NCBI RefSeq assembly: GCF_013149785.1 | Contig: NZ_JABEZU010000001.1 | Span: 1,364,001 to 1,428,000, forward strand | DNA from: Isoptericola halotolerans | Lineage (GTDB): Bacteria; Actinomycetota; Actinomycetes; Actinomycetales; Cellulomonadaceae | Direction: 5' to 3' | DNA length: 64,000 nt | In this document: positions 9,248-20,617 of the stretch, piece after piece | How positions within the stretch are numbered: the stretch's first letter is position 1 | Layout: the number at the start of each line of letters is the position of its first letter | Program-made: the position numbers and the translations under genes | The notes under the pieces: model-generated | What the model saw: the letters and a program-made list of their open reading frames with translations, nothing else | Told to the model about the DNA's origin: nothing | Databases searched by the model: none

Positions 9248-9494
9248 CCGGCGGACGCAGGCGTGGTCTATCCCACCTGTCGGTGGCTGACGGGCGCGAA
9301 GCGCGGTGGCGTATGATCGATGGGTTGCCCGTACGCCTGCCGTACCGGCTTCGGAACCACGAGCAGGACCGAGCACGACCTGAGCAGGACCCGAGCACGA
9401 ACAGCACTGCACAGCATCCAGCGCCGCAGCAACCAGCCCGGAACACACCGGCGAGACGCGCGCGCACGCACCCGACACTCTGGAGACCATCGAA

Positions 9495-10859
9495 GTGAAG
9501 AGCGCCGTCGAGACCCTGGACCCCACCAAGGTCAAGCTGACCGTCGAGGTGGAGTACGACGAGCTCAAGCCGAGCATCGACCACGCCTACAAGCACATCG
9601 CGGAGCAGGTGAACATCCCCGGCTTCCGCAAGGGCAAGGTCCCCCCGCGCATCATCGACCAGCGGGTCGGCTGGGGTGCCGTCGTCGAGCACGCCGTCAA
9701 CGAGGGCCTCTCGGGCTTCTACCGTGACGCCGTGGCCGAGAGCGAGCTCCGCCCCCTGGGTCAGCCCGAGGTCGAGGTCACCGAGGTCCCGGAGAAGGCG
9801 GGCGAGGGCCAGCTCGCGTTCGTCGCCGAGGTGGAGGTCCGCCCCGAGCTCACCCTGCCCGAGCTGTCCGGCCTCGAGCTGACCGTCGAGTCGACCGAGG
9901 TCGCCGACGCCGACGTGGACGAGCGCCTCGACTCGCTGCGTGAGCGCTTCGGCACGCTGGTGGGCGTCGACCGTCCCGCCGTCGAGGGCGACTACGTCGT
10001 CATCGACCTGAAGGCCGTCATCGGCGACGAGGAGATCGACTCGGTCTCCGGTGTCTCCTACCAGATCGGCGCGGGCAACATGCTCGAAGGGCTGGACGAG
10101 GCCCTCACCGGGCTGTCCGCCGACGAGACGACCACCTTCACCTCGAACCTCGCCGGTGGCGAGCACGCGGGCGAGGAGGCCACGGTCACGGTCACCGCCA
10201 CCTCGGTCAAGGAGCGCGAGCTTCCCGAGGCCGACGACGACTTCGCCCAGATGGCGTCGGAATTCGACACCCTCGACGAGCTCAAGGCCGACCTGCGTGG
10301 GCAGGTCGCCTCGGCGAAGACCTCGAACCAGGCCGTCGCCGCCCGCGACGCGCTCCTGGAGAAGCTGCTCGAGGCCGTGGAGATCCCCGTCCCGCAGGGC
10401 GTCGTCGACGCCGAGGTGCACCGCCACCTCGAGCAGGAGGGACGGCTGGAGGACGAGGACCACCGTGCCGAGGTCGTCGTGGACGCCACCAAGGCGATCA
10501 AGAACCAGATCCTGCTCGACACCCTCGCCGAGCAGCTCGAGGTGAAGGTCGGCCAGGGCGAGCTCATCGAGTACCTGGTGCAGGCCTCCCAGCAGTACGG
10601 CATGGAGCCGCAGCAGTTCATCCAGACCCTCGACCAGGGTGGTCAGATCCCCGCCATGGTCGGTGAGGTCGCGCGCTCCAAGGCGCTCGCCGTCGCCCTG
10701 CGCGACATCGAGGTCAAGGACTCCGACGGCAACGTCGTCGACCTGACCGAGTTCATCGGTACCGCCGAGGACGACGAGGCCGAGGCCGCCGCTGCCGAGG
10801 ACGCCGCCGAGGAGGAGGTCGCCGAGGACGAGGCGACCGAGGAGCAGGCCAAGGCCTGA
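9495..10859 (+). CDS. tig: trigger factor
   Basis: [10 protein letters not shown] ribosome-binding motif; position upstream of clpP. Confidence 0.97.
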   Translation: MKSAVETLDPTKVKLTVEVEYDELKPSIDHAYKHIAEQVNIPGFRKGKVPPRIIDQRVGWGAVVEHAVNEGLSGFYRDAVAESELRPLGQPEVEVTEVPEKAGEGQLAFVAEVEVRPELTLPELSGLELTVESTEVADADVDERLDSLRERFGTLVGVDRPAVEGDYVVIDLKAVIGDEEIDSVSGVSYQIGAGNMLEGLDEALTGLSADETTTFTSNLAGGEHAGEEATVTVTATSVKERELPEADDDFAQMASEFDTLDELKADLRGQVASAKTSNQAVAARDALLEKLLEAVEIPVPQGVVDAEVHRHLEQEGRLEDEDHRAEVVVDATKAIKNQILLDTLAEQLEVKVGQGELIEYLVQASQQYGMEPQQFIQTLDQGGQIPAMVGEVARSKALAVALRDIEVKDSDGNVVDLTEFIGTAEDDEAEAAAAEDAAEEEVAEDEATEEQAKA

Positions 10860-10869
10860 CCCCCGCCGT

Positions 10870-10917
10870 ACGACGACGGCCCGCACCTTCCGCGCAGGAG
10901 GTGCGGGCCGTCGTCGT
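10870..10917 (+). terminator. hairpin after tig
   Basis: ACGACGACGGCCCGCACCT / AGGTGCGGGCCGTCGTCGT inverted repeat. Confidence 0.7.
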
Positions 10918-10932
10918 CCGCGGTGACGGGGC

Positions 10933-10950
10933 TGTGCGCCCGCAGCGAAA
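10933..10950 (+). promoter_or_regulatory. probable ClgR activator site upstream of clpP1
   Basis: TGTGCGC-CCGCA-GCGAAA matches the CGC-N5-GCG core; -10 TAGGGT at 10990-10995. Confidence 0.6.
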
Positions 10951-11024
10951 CAGGCCCTGCCGGGGACTGTTCGGGCCGGTGGGGCGCGTTAGGGTCGAGC
11001 GACAGCGAACCGAAGGAGACGGAC

Positions 11025-11663
11025 GTGAACGACCTGCTGCAGGTGGACCGGGCGATGCCGGAGGCTCGGTCCGAAGGACAGGGCCTCGGCCTCAACGACT
11101 CCATCTACAACCGGCTCCTCAGGGAGCGCATCATCTGGCTGGGTTCGGAGGTCCGCGACGACAACGCCAACGCGATCTGCGCCCAGCTGATGCTCCTGGC
11201 GGCCGAGGACCCCGACAAGGACATCTACCTCTACATCAACTCCCCGGGCGGCTCGATCACCGCCGGCATGGCGATCTACGACACCATGCAGTTCATCCAG
11301 CCGGACGTCGCCACGGTCGCCATGGGCATGGCTGCGTCGATGGGGCAGTTCCTGCTGTCCTCGGGGGCGAAGGGCAAGCGGTACATCACCCCCCACGCCC
11401 GCGTGCTGATGCACCAGCCGTCCGGTGGCGTGGGTGGTACCGCGACCGACGTGCGCATCGGCGCACAGCTGATCATGCACATGAAGAAGGTGCTCGCCGA
11501 GCTCACGGCCGAGCAGACCGGTCAGCCGCTCGAGAAGATCCTCAAGGACAACGACCGGGACAGCTGGTTCACGGCGGCCGAGGCCCTCGAGTACGGCTTC
11601 GTCGACCGTGTCGTGGACACGGCGTCGTCGGTCGCCGGTGGCGGTGGCACGAACCCCAGCTGA
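11025..11663 (+). CDS. clpP1: ATP-dependent Clp protease proteolytic subunit 1
   Basis: [13 protein letters not shown] (catalytic Ser), MHQP; GTG start after AAGGAG. Confidence 0.95.
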   Translation: MNDLLQVDRAMPEARSEGQGLGLNDSIYNRLLRERIIWLGSEVRDDNANAICAQLMLLAAEDPDKDIYLYINSPGGSITAGMAIYDTMQFIQPDVATVAMGMAASMGQFLLSSGAKGKRYITPHARVLMHQPSGGVGGTATDVRIGAQLIMHMKKVLAELTAEQTGQPLEKILKDNDRDSWFTAAEALEYGFVDRVVDTASSVAGGGGTNPS

Positions 11664-11715
11664 CACCACCCTCCACCGACCCGGTCGCCAGACCTTTCCT
11701 GCTCCGAGGAGAACC

Positions 11716-12441
11716 ATGAGCCACTCGCCCGAGTACCAGTTCGCGATGACGGCCGAGCGCCTCGCCGGGGGCGCCGCGCGCCCGGGCGGCGTCGCGATGC
11801 CGTACGGATCGAGCGCCGCCGCACCGTCTGCACGTTACGTGCTGCCCCAGTTCGAGGAGCGCACGCCTTACGGGTTCAAGCGTCAGGACCCCTACACGAA
11901 GCTCTTCGAGGACCGCATCATCTTCCTGGGTGTCCAGGTCGACGACGCCTCGGCCGACGACGTGATGGCGCAGCTGCTGGTCCTGGAGTCCCAGGACCCC
12001 GACCGCGACATCATGATCTACATCAACTCGCCGGGCGGGTCGTTCACGGCCATGACGGCGCTGTACGACACGATGCAGTTCATCAAGCCGCAGATCCAGA
12101 CGGTCTGCCTCGGGCAGGCCGCGTCGGCGGCGGCCGTGCTGCTCGCCGCGGGGCAGAAGGGCAAGCGCCTGGCGCTGCCCAACGCACGCGTCCTGATCCA
12201 CCAGCCGGCGATGGAGAACGGTGGCTACGCCCAGGCGTCGGACATCGAGATCCACGCCAACGAGCTGATCCGGATGCGCGAGTGGCTCGAGACGACGCTC
12301 GCGCAGCACACGGGCAAGGACGTCGCCCAGATCCGTGACGACATCGAGCGGGACAAGATCCTCACCGCGGCGGCCGCCAAGGACTACGGCCTGGTCGACC
12401 AGGTGCTCGAGTCCCGCAAGGTCGCCCAGCTCGAGAGCTGA
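11716..12441 (+). CDS. clpP2: ATP-dependent Clp protease proteolytic subunit 2
   Basis: [29 protein letters not shown]. Confidence 0.95.
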   Translation: MSHSPEYQFAMTAERLAGGAARPGGVAMPYGSSAAAPSARYVLPQFEERTPYGFKRQDPYTKLFEDRIIFLGVQVDDASADDVMAQLLVLESQDPDRDIMIYINSPGGSFTAMTALYDTMQFIKPQIQTVCLGQAASAAAVLLAAGQKGKRLALPNARVLIHQPAMENGGYAQASDIEIHANELIRMREWLETTLAQHTGKDVAQIRDDIERDKILTAAAAKDYGLVDQVLESRKVAQLES

Positions 12442-12607
12442 CCGGCTGCAGCTCCTGCTGCGCCGGGTGCGCCCGGGGCGCCGACCACGTGTCGGTGCCC
12501 CGGGTGACGCCACACCGGGCCTATCGTGCTGACAACGCGGCCCGCGTGGTGTGGAATGGTCGAAGGACCTGCACGAGACGGCCCTGCACGAGACAAGGAG
12601 GCCCGAG

Positions 12608-13873
12608 GTGGCTCGAATCGGTGACGGCGCAGATCTGCTCAAGTGCTCGTTCTGCGGCAAGTCTCAGAAACAGGTCAAGAAGCTGATCGCCGGACCGGGC
12701 GTGTACATCTGCGACGAGTGCATCGACCTGTGCAACGAGATCATCGAGGAGGAGCTCGGCGAGGCCACCGAGGTCGGGATGACCGAGCTGCCCAAGCCGC
12801 GGGAGATCTTCGCGTTCCTCGAGCAGTACGTCATCGGCCAGGAACCGGCGAAGCGAGCGCTGGCCGTGGCCGTGTACAACCACTACAAGCGGGTCCAGGC
12901 CGCGCCGCCGGCGAAGGACGACGAGGACGCCGTCGAGATCTCGAAGTCCAACATCCTGCTGATCGGCCCCACCGGGACGGGCAAGACGTACCTCGCCCAG
13001 ACCCTTGCCAAGCTCCTCAACGTCCCCTTCGCGATCGCGGACGCCACAGCCCTCACCGAGGCGGGCTACGTGGGCGAGGACGTCGAGAACATCCTGCTCA
13101 AGCTCATCCAGGCCGCGGACTACGACGTCAAGAAGGCCGAGACGGGCATCATCTACATCGACGAGGTCGACAAGGTCGCCCGCAAGGCGGAGAACCCGTC
13201 GATCACCCGGGACGTCTCCGGCGAAGGTGTGCAGCAGGCGCTGCTGAAGATCATCGAGGGCACGAGCGCCTCCGTGCCGCCACAGGGCGGCCGCAAGCAC
13301 CCCCACCAGGAGTTCATCCAGATCGACACGTCCAACGTGCTGTTCATCGTGGCGGGTGCCTTCGCCGGGCTGGACGACCTCATCGCCGCTCGCTCGCGCA
13401 AGCGAGGGATCGGGTTCTCCGCACCGATGGAGTCGGCGGTCAACGAGGACCTCTTCTCCGAGGTGCGCCCGGAGGACCTGCACAAGTACGGCCTGATCCC
13501 CGAGTTCATCGGTCGCCTGCCGGTGATCGCCTCGGTGTCCCCGCTCGACCGGGAGGCGCTGGTGCGGATCCTGACGGAGCCGCGCAACGCGCTGGTCAAG
13601 CAGTACCAGCGCATGTTCGAGATCGACGGGGTCCGCCTGGAGTTCGCGGACGACGCCATCGACGCCATCGCCGAGCAGGCCCTGCTGCGGGGCACCGGCG
13701 CCCGCGGGCTGCGGGCCATCATGGAGGAGGTCCTCCAGCAGGTGATGTTCGACGTCCCGAGCCGCGACGACGTCGAGGGTGTGGTCGTCACCCGTGACGT
13801 GGTCGAGGAGAACGTCAACCCCACGATCGTTCCGCGGTCGTCGGGTCCGGTCCGGAACCGCAAGTCCGCCTGA
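12608..13873 (+). CDS. clpX: Clp protease ATP-binding subunit ClpX
   Basis: CSFC...CDEC zinc finger, [30 protein letters not shown] loop. Confidence 0.98.
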   Translation: MARIGDGADLLKCSFCGKSQKQVKKLIAGPGVYICDECIDLCNEIIEEELGEATEVGMTELPKPREIFAFLEQYVIGQEPAKRALAVAVYNHYKRVQAAPPAKDDEDAVEISKSNILLIGPTGTGKTYLAQTLAKLLNVPFAIADATALTEAGYVGEDVENILLKLIQAADYDVKKAETGIIYIDEVDKVARKAENPSITRDVSGEGVQQALLKIIEGTSASVPPQGGRKHPHQEFIQIDTSNVLFIVAGAFAGLDDLIAARSRKRGIGFSAPMESAVNEDLFSEVRPEDLHKYGLIPEFIGRLPVIASVSPLDREALVRILTEPRNALVKQYQRMFEIDGVRLEFADDAIDAIAEQALLRGTGARGLRAIMEEVLQQVMFDVPSRDDVEGVVVTRDVVEENVNPTIVPRSSGPVRNRKSA

Positions 13874-13913
13874 CCCCGGCTGCCGACGTGCGCCGGTCGG
13901 GAGACGGCGTCGG

Positions 13914-15722
13914 TCAGCCGTAGATCGCGTCGATTTCGTGGGCGAAGTCCTTCACCACGGCCGAGCGGCGCACCTTCATCGAGGGCGTCAGGTGTCCCCG
14001 GGACTCGGTGAGGTCGCCGTCCAGCACCCGGAAGGTGCGGATCTGCTCGGCACGGGAGACCGTCGTGTTGGCGTCGTCGACCGCGGCCTGGACGGCGGCG
14101 AGGACGTCGGGGTGGTCCCGCACGTCGGCGGCGGGCGCCCGGGGGATCCCGCGCGCGGCGAGCCAACCGGGCAGCAGCTCGGCGTCGAGCGTGACGAGCG
14201 CCGCCACGAACGGTCTTCCGTCACCCACCACGACGACCTGGGACACGAGGGCGTGCGCACGGACCCGGTCCTCCAGGGGTGCCGGCGCGACGTTCTTGCC
14301 ACCGGCGGTCACGATGATCTCCTTGGCACGCCCCGTGATCCGTAGTCGACCCGACTCGTCGAGGCTGCCCAGGTCGCCGGTGCGGAGCCAGTCGCCCGTG
14401 AAGGCCTCCGCGGTGCCCGCGGGGTCGCCGGCGTAGCCGCGCATCAGGTGCGGGCCACGGACCAGCACCTCCCCGTCCTGGGCGATCCGGACCTCCGTGC
14501 CGGGGAACGGTGGTCCGACCGTCCCGATCGAGACCGCACCCGGCAGGTTCACCGCCGTCGGCGCCGTCGTCTCCGTCAGGCCGTAGCCCTCGAGGATCGT
14601 CAGCCCCGCCCCGCGGAAGAAGTGTCCGAGCCGCTCCCCGAGCGGCGCGCCGCCGGAGATGACGTGGCGCACCCGGCCGCCCAGGGCGGTCCGCACCCGC
14701 GCGAGGACCAGACGGTCGGCCAGCGCGTGCCGCACCCTCAGCGCGAGACCCGGCCCGCCGTCGTCCTGGGCACGGGACCAGGCGACCGCGGTCTCGGTGG
14801 CCCAGGCGAAGAGCCGACCCCGCCGACCGCCGCCGGCGGCCTGCTCGGCCGAGTGGTAGACCTTCTCGAGCACGCGGGGGACCGCGAGGAGGTAGGTCGG
14901 GCGGAAGTCGTGCAGGTCCGCGACCAGGTTCTTCACGTCACCGGAGTGCCCGACGACGGTGCTCCCGGCGACGGCCGCGACCTGGATGAGACGTGCGAAG
15001 ACGTGCGCGAGCGGCAGGAACAGCAGGGTGCGCGCGTCGCGGGCGGCGACCACGTCCGGCAGCGCCTGCTGGGCGTTGAGCGCCAGGTGGCAGAAGGCTC
15101 GGTGCGTGAGCTCGGCCCCCTTGGGGCGCCCGGTGGAGCCCGAGGTGTAGACGATCGTGGCGAGGTCGTCCGGGCCGACGGCGTCACGGCGGGCGAGCAA
15201 CGAGCGGTTCGGCACGCTGCGCCCTGCGGACCTCAGCGTCGCCAGCGCGGCGTCCTGGGCACCGCAGGAACCTCCGTCGAGCACGAGGACACGCTCCAGG
15301 TCGGGCAGGTCGGCGTCGACCTGCCCCACGGCGTCGGCGTGGGCGGGGGTCTCGACGACCGCGAGGCGGACACGCGCGTCGGAGAGGATCCAGTGCACCT
15401 GCTCGGGGGAGCTGGTCTCGTAGACGGGCACGGGGACGGCCCCGGCCGTCCAGATCGCGAAGTCGAGCAGCGTCCACTCGTAGCGGGTGCGACTCATGAT
15501 CGCCACCCGGTCGCCCGGCTCGACGCCGTGCGCGACGAGCCCGCGAGCCACCGCGAGGACGTCGGCGTCGAACTCGTGGGCGGTGACCGGGACCCAGGAG
15601 GAGCCGTCGCGACGCTCCAGGAGCGTGCCGTGACCGGTCCGGGCGACGCGGTCGGCGAGGAGGGTGGTGATGCTGGTGCCCTCGGGCACGTCCACGAGGC
15701 TGGGCGTCGCGGCATGGTTCAT
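13914..15722 (-). CDS. long-chain fatty acid-CoA ligase (AMP-dependent synthetase)
   Basis: [39 protein letters not shown]. Confidence 0.92.
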   Translation of the reverse strand: MNHAATPSLVDVPEGTSITTLLADRVARTGHGTLLERRDGSSWVPVTAHEFDADVLAVARGLVAHGVEPGDRVAIMSRTRYEWTLLDFAIWTAGAVPVPVYETSSPEQVHWILSDARVRLAVVETPAHADAVGQVDADLPDLERVLVLDGGSCGAQDAALATLRSAGRSVPNRSLLARRDAVGPDDLATIVYTSGSTGRPKGAELTHRAFCHLALNAQQALPDVVAARDARTLLFLPLAHVFARLIQVAAVAGSTVVGHSGDVKNLVADLHDFRPTYLLAVPRVLEKVYHSAEQAAGGGRRGRLFAWATETAVAWSRAQDDGGPGLALRVRHALADRLVLARVRTALGGRVRHVISGGAPLGERLGHFFRGAGLTILEGYGLTETTAPTAVNLPGAVSIGTVGPPFPGTEVRIAQDGEVLVRGPHLMRGYAGDPAGTAEAFTGDWLRTGDLGSLDESGRLRITGRAKEIIVTAGGKNVAPAPLEDRVRAHALVSQVVVVGDGRPFVAALVTLDAELLPGWLAARGIPRAPAADVRDHPDVLAAVQAAVDDANTTVSRAEQIRTFRVLDGDLTESRGHLTPSMKVRRSAVVKDFAHEIDAIYG

Positions 15723-15842
15723 CGGGAGTGTCTCCGGCTACGGCGGGATGGCCCCGGGCGCGGAGCCTGCAGGACACTACACCGTCGAGGTCACATACCG
15801 GTCACGCGCCCTGGGCCCGAGCGACGACCGTAGGATCAGGGC

Positions 15843-16220
15843 ATGGCTCAGCCCTTCGACGAAGCTCCCGTTCCCGAGACCGGCCGGGCGCTGCCCCCCG
15901 AGATCCTCGCGCTGCGCCGCACCATCGACAATATCGATGCTGCGCTGGTGCACCTGCTGGCCGAGCGGTTCCGGGCGACCGAGCGGGTGGGAGAGCTCAA
16001 GGCGACCGACGGGTTGCCGCCGGCGGACCCGCAGCGGGACCGCCAGCAGATCGAGCGCCTCAAGACGATCGCGTCCGGGGCCGGGCTCGATCCACAGTTC
16101 GCCGAGGCGTTCCGGAACTTCATCGTCTCCGAGGTGATCCGCCATCACGAGCGCATCGCCGCCGAGCACGAGGCCGGGAAGCGCGCGGGCAACGCGCCCC
16201 CGCTCGACACCTACAGTTGA
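15843..16220 (+). CDS. chorismate mutase type II family protein
   Basis: LRRTIDNIDAALVHLLAERF, DPQR; leaderless-like start after TAGGAT. Confidence 0.88.
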   Translation: MAQPFDEAPVPETGRALPPEILALRRTIDNIDAALVHLLAERFRATERVGELKATDGLPPADPQRDRQQIERLKTIASGAGLDPQFAEAFRNFIVSEVIRHHERIAAEHEAGKRAGNAPPLDTYS

Positions 16221-16335
16221 AGAGCACCGTGGTCTGAAGCACCGTGATCGCGCCGTGCTCGCGGCGCGGGTGGCGCGCCGAAGGGATCCGTCGCACGCTG
16301 GGAGGCACAGTCGACCGACGCGAGGGAGACCCTGC

Positions 16336-17583
16336 ATGACGATTGAATGGATCAAGCCCCTGGTCGGCCACCCCGGCCCGTTCGCGACCGTCTACCTGGA
16401 CGCGACGCGATCGGTCGAGGCGGGCGACAAGGACGTGGCCAACCGCTGGCGGGCCATGCGCAAGAACCTGGGGAAGCAGGGCGCACCGGACGGTGTGCTC
16501 GACGACCTCGACGAGGCGGTCAGCCGCCCCACCAGGGTCCGTGGCCCGCACGGGAGGGTGCTCATCGCCGATGCCGGCGGCGTCCTCGTCGACCGGGTGC
16601 TCAGAGAACCGCCCTCGGTGATGGCCGCCGTCTGGCACCGTGTGCCGTCGCTGCTGCAGGCGGCCCGGTCGGCCGACCAGGCGGTGGACGCCCTCTGCGT
16701 CGCCGTGGACCGCCAGGGTGCGGACTTCTTCGCCGTCGCCACCGACGGGACCCGCCTCGGTGAGAGCGAGGCGTTCGAGGGCGGTCACGACCAGGTGTCG
16801 AAGACCTCCAGCACGTCGACCAAGCGCGCGACGATCGAGTCGCGCGCGGAGGACTCGTGGCGTCGCAACGCCGAGGCCGTGGCCGGCGAGATCGACCGGC
16901 GCGTCGCGTCCGAGCGGCCCGAGGTCGTGCTGGTCACCGGAGACGTGCGTGCGGTGCCCCTCGTCCGCGGTGCGCTCGGCCAGCAGGCCTCCGAGGTGAC
17001 GGTCGAGGTCGCCGGAGGTGGTCGTGACGCCGGGGTGCACCAGGAGTCGTTCGCCGAGGCGGTGGCCGACGCGCTGGACTCGTTCCGCGCGCGACGCAGC
17101 GAGCAGGTGCTCGCGGAGCTGCGCGAGGGCCTGGGACGTGACAGCGGGGCCGTCGCCGGTGTCGAGGACGTCGTCGAGGTCCTCTCGCGAGGACAGGTCA
17201 AGCACCTCGTGCTGTCCGAGCAGCTGGCCGACGACGCGGCCCGTGCCCTGCGGTCGTGGACGGACGGCGCCGAGAACGGCCCGGACACGAGCACGCTCCT
17301 CAACGGCCGGCAGGTGTGGATCGGCCCGGAGCCGCTCCACATCGGGATCGCCAGGGCGCAGCTCGAGGGCCTGGGCGTGACCGAGGGCCTCGAGGAGCTG
17401 CCCGTGGCCTCCGCGCTCATGCGGGCGGCCGTCGGCCAGGACTCCGGGCTCGTCTTCGCCCCGGAGGGATCGGTCGAGCTCATGGACGGAGTCGGTGCGA
17501 CGCTCCGGTGGGAGGACGGGGGCACGCCGCACGAGTCGGCCGCGTCGATGAGTAGCGACGGGGCGCGCCTGCGGGCCCTGTAA
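16336..17583 (+). CDS. bacterial archaeo-eukaryotic release factor-like (baeRF2-type) protein
   Basis: GPFATVYLD...RW N-terminus; VDRQGADF; ED-W-RNA helix; VTGDVRA; eRF1 domain-3-like C-terminus (DGVGATLRW). Confidence 0.8.
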   Translation: MTIEWIKPLVGHPGPFATVYLDATRSVEAGDKDVANRWRAMRKNLGKQGAPDGVLDDLDEAVSRPTRVRGPHGRVLIADAGGVLVDRVLREPPSVMAAVWHRVPSLLQAARSADQAVDALCVAVDRQGADFFAVATDGTRLGESEAFEGGHDQVSKTSSTSTKRATIESRAEDSWRRNAEAVAGEIDRRVASERPEVVLVTGDVRAVPLVRGALGQQASEVTVEVAGGGRDAGVHQESFAEAVADALDSFRARRSEQVLAELREGLGRDSGAVAGVEDVVEVLSRGQVKHLVLSEQLADDAARALRSWTDGAENGPDTSTLLNGRQVWIGPEPLHIGIARAQLEGLGVTEGLEELPVASALMRAAVGQDSGLVFAPEGSVELMDGVGATLRWEDGGTPHESAASMSSDGARLRAL

Positions 17584-17590
17584 GGCTGTC

Positions 17591-17690
17591 GAGCCCGGGA
17601 GGAGGGTCCGGCGCACGGTCGCGTTCACGGGCGCTGCGCGCCCTGCACTTCGCGTCTGACGACCGTGCGCCGGCCCCTCCTCCCGGGCTC
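17591..17690. repeat. 100-bp palindromic element (31-bp arms, one mismatch) between convergent genes
   Basis: GAGCCCGGGAGGAGGGTCCGGCGCACGGTCG at 17591-17621 versus its near-perfect reverse complement at 17660-17690. Confidence 0.85.
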
Positions 17691-17709
17691 TTGCGTGCCT
17701 CGGCCCCCG

Positions 17710-20508
17710 TCAGCCGCGGGGCTTCTTGGCGGGCGGCTCGCCGAGCTCGTGCTCGACGACGACGATCCCGCCCTGCACGTCGAGGTCGCCCTGGCCCTCG
17801 GCCGCCTCGACGAGCTCGAGCTCGCCGGTGGCGCGGCCGGCGCCCCGGATGTCGTCGAGCGCGGAGGTCACGCCCGGCAGGAGGGCGGCCGGCACGGCGA
17901 CGGTCCCCGACAGGATCGGCGTCTTCATCGAGACCTTCGCGGCCGACTTGAGCTTGCGCAGCGCGGCGAGCGCGTGCCCGGCGGCCGCCAGGTCGAGCGC
18001 GTCCGCGCCGGCGGCGGCGGACCGCAAGGGCTCCGCCGTCGGCCACTCGGCGCGGTGCACCGACCCGGCGCGCCACCAGGACCAGACCTCCTCGGTCGCG
18101 AACGGGATGAAGGGTGCCAGCAGCCGCAGCATCGCGTCGAGTGCGATCGCCAGCGCGGTGCGCGCCGAGACCGTCTCGGCCGACAGCTCGTCCGCCGAGG
18201 CACCCGCCCCGTAGGCGCGGTCCTTGACCAGCTCGAGGTAGTCGTCGCAGAACGCCCAGAAGTACGACTCGGTGATCTCGAGGGCGCGGGTGTGGTCGTA
18301 CGCCTCGAGCGCGGCCGTGGCCTGGTCCACGACATCGGCCAGGCCGGCGAGCATCGCGCGGTCGAGGGACACGGTCACGGCGGCGGGATCCAGGACGATC
18401 TCGCCGGTGCCGGTCTGCGGGTCCACGCCGAAGGTCAGGGCGAACTTCGAGGCGTTGAGGACCTTGATCGCCAGGCGGCGTCCGATCTTCATCTGCCCGA
18501 CCTCGAAGGCCGCGTCGGTGCCCAGGCGGGCGGCCGCGGCCCAGTAGCGCACGGCGTCCGAGCCGTGCTCGACGAGCAGGTCCATCGGGGTGACGACGTT
18601 GCCCTTGGACTTGGACATCTTCTTGCGGTCCGGGTCCAGGATCCAGCCGCTGATCGCCGCGTTCTTCCAGGGCAGGACGCCGCACTCGAGGTGCGAGCGG
18701 ACCACCGAGGAGAACAGCCACGTGCGGATGATGTCCTGCCCCTGCGGGCGCAGGTCCATCGGGTACACGCGGTCGAACAGGTCGGCGTCACGCTCCCAGC
18801 CCGAGACGATGAGCGGGCTCAGGGACGACGTCGCCCACGTGTCCATCACGTCGGCGTCGCCCACGAACCCGCCGGGCTCGCCGCGCTGGGACTCGTCGTA
18901 GCCGGCCGGTGCCTGGGACGTCGGGTCCACCGGCAGCTCGGCCTCCGACGGCGTGATCGGGTGTGCGTGGTCGACCTCGCCCGAGTCGAGCAGCGGGTAC
19001 CAGACCGGCACCGCGACCCCGAAGAACCGCTGGCGGGAGACGAGCCAGTCGCCGTTGAGCCCGCCGACCCAGTTCTCGTAGCGCACCCGCATGAAGTCGG
19101 GGTGGAAGTCGAGCTCCTTGCCGCGTGCGAGCAGCTCGCTCTTCAGGTCGCGCCGGTCCCAGTCGCGACCGCCGTTGCGGATGTACCACTGGCGGGAGGT
19201 GACGATCTCGAGGGGCTTGTCGCCCTTCTCGTAGAAGTTCGTCATGCGCTGGGTGGGCTTCGGCTCGCCGTCCAGGTCCCCGGACTCCACGAGCGCCTCG
19301 ACGACCGCCTTGCGGGCGCTGAACGTCGTCTTGCCCGCCAGGCCCTCCGCGTAGAGGCCGGCGCCGGGACCCTCGGCGATCCACGGCGGGGTCTCACGGG
19401 TCAGGCGGCCGTCGCGCCCGACCACCGAGCGGGTGGGGAGCTGCAGCTCGCGCCACCACTGCACGTCGGTGAGGTCACCGAAGGTGCAGCACATCGCGAT
19501 CCCGGCACCCTTGTCCATGGCCGCGGCAGGGTGGGCCACGACCGGCACCTCGACGCCGAACAGCGGGGACGTGACGGTGGTGCCGAACAGGTCCTGGTAG
19601 CGCTCGTCGTCGGGGTGGGCGATGAGGGCCACGACGGAGGGCAGGAGCTCGGGGCGGGTCGTCTCGATGTACACGGGCTCGCCCGCGCCGTCGGCCCCGG
19701 CGCGGTGGAACGCGACCCGGTGGTAGTGGCCGGGGTACTCGCGGGCCTCGAGCTCGGCCTGGGCGACCGCCGTCTGGAAGGTGACGTCCCACAGACCGGG
19801 GGCCTCGGCCTGGTAGGCCTCGCCGCGCTCGAGGTTGCGCAGGAACGCGCGCTGCGAGGCGGCTCGCGAGGTCGCGTCGATCGTCTGGTACGTCTGGGCC
19901 CAGTCGACGCTCAGCCCGAGGCGACGCCAGAGCTCCTCGAACTGACGCTCGTCGTCGGCCGTGAGGCGCTCGCAGAGCTCGATGAAGTTGCGGCGGCTGA
20001 CCGGGACCTGGTCGGCCGGCTTGACGGCCTTGCCCTCGGTGCCGGTGTGCGGGGGCTCGAAGCCCTCCACGTAGGGCAGGGACGGGTCGCACCGCACGCC
20101 GAAGTAGTTCTGCACGCGCCGCTCGGTGGGCAGGCCGTTGTCGTCCCACCCCATCGGGTAGAAGACCTCCTTGCCCCGCATGCGCCAGAACCGGGCCACG
20201 ACGTCGGTGTGCGTGTAGCTGAACACGTGACCCACGTGCAGCGACCCGGAGACCGTCGGCGGCGGGGTGTCGATGGAGTAGACCTGCTCGCGGGTGGCGG
20301 TGCGGTCGAAGGCGAAGGTGCCCTCGGCCGCCCAGCGCTCGTCGAACTTCTGCTCGAGCCCGTCCGTGCTGACCCTGTCCGGCACCTCCCGGACCACCGC
20401 ACGCACGACGTCGCCGGCTACGTCGCCGACGGAGCCGCCGGTGGCCGGGGTCGTCGCGAGGGTCTGCTCGGGCGCCTGCTGCGCCGGGGAGGTCGGGAAG
20501 TCGCTCAT
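17710..20508 (-). CDS. valS: valine--tRNA ligase
   Basis: IDTPPP, HVGH, KMSKS, DTWATSS; lacks the long C-terminal coiled coil. Confidence 0.96.
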   Translation of the reverse strand: MSDFPTSPAQQAPEQTLATTPATGGSVGDVAGDVVRAVVREVPDRVSTDGLEQKFDERWAAEGTFAFDRTATREQVYSIDTPPPTVSGSLHVGHVFSYTHTDVVARFWRMRGKEVFYPMGWDDNGLPTERRVQNYFGVRCDPSLPYVEGFEPPHTGTEGKAVKPADQVPVSRRNFIELCERLTADDERQFEELWRRLGLSVDWAQTYQTIDATSRAASQRAFLRNLERGEAYQAEAPGLWDVTFQTAVAQAELEAREYPGHYHRVAFHRAGADGAGEPVYIETTRPELLPSVVALIAHPDDERYQDLFGTTVTSPLFGVEVPVVAHPAAAMDKGAGIAMCCTFGDLTDVQWWRELQLPTRSVVGRDGRLTRETPPWIAEGPGAGLYAEGLAGKTTFSARKAVVEALVESGDLDGEPKPTQRMTNFYEKGDKPLEIVTSRQWYIRNGGRDWDRRDLKSELLARGKELDFHPDFMRVRYENWVGGLNGDWLVSRQRFFGVAVPVWYPLLDSGEVDHAHPITPSEAELPVDPTSQAPAGYDESQRGEPGGFVGDADVMDTWATSSLSPLIVSGWERDADLFDRVYPMDLRPQGQDIIRTWLFSSVVRSHLECGVLPWKNAAISGWILDPDRKKMSKSKGNVVTPMDLLVEHGSDAVRYWAAAARLGTDAAFEVGQMKIGRRLAIKVLNASKFALTFGVDPQTGTGEIVLDPAAVTVSLDRAMLAGLADVVDQATAALEAYDHTRALEITESYFWAFCDDYLELVKDRAYGAGASADELSAETVSARTALAIALDAMLRLLAPFIPFATEEVWSWWRAGSVHRAEWPTAEPLRSAAAGADALDLAAAGHALAALRKLKSAAKVSMKTPILSGTVAVPAALLPGVTSALDDIRGAGRATGELELVEAAEGQGDLDVQGGIVVVEHELGEPPAKKPRG

Positions 20509-20617
20509 GGTCACACATTGTCCCAGATCTGCCGGGGCGGGCCGACGGGTTTCAGCACGTGAGCGCCCTCCGCGCGGACTGGCGCCGCGCGCCATTCTCT
20601 GACTAGAGTCAGAGACC

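Noticed and set aside
9361..9402. Short imperfect tandem repeat (GAGCAGGACC/GAGCACGACC) in the tig 5' region
   Set aside because: Two degenerate units of about 21 nt; most likely a local duplication with no evidence of function.
20509..20617. T-box leader for valS
   Set aside because: The intergenic gap is about 110 nt, is shared with a divergent gene, and has no T-box consensus.
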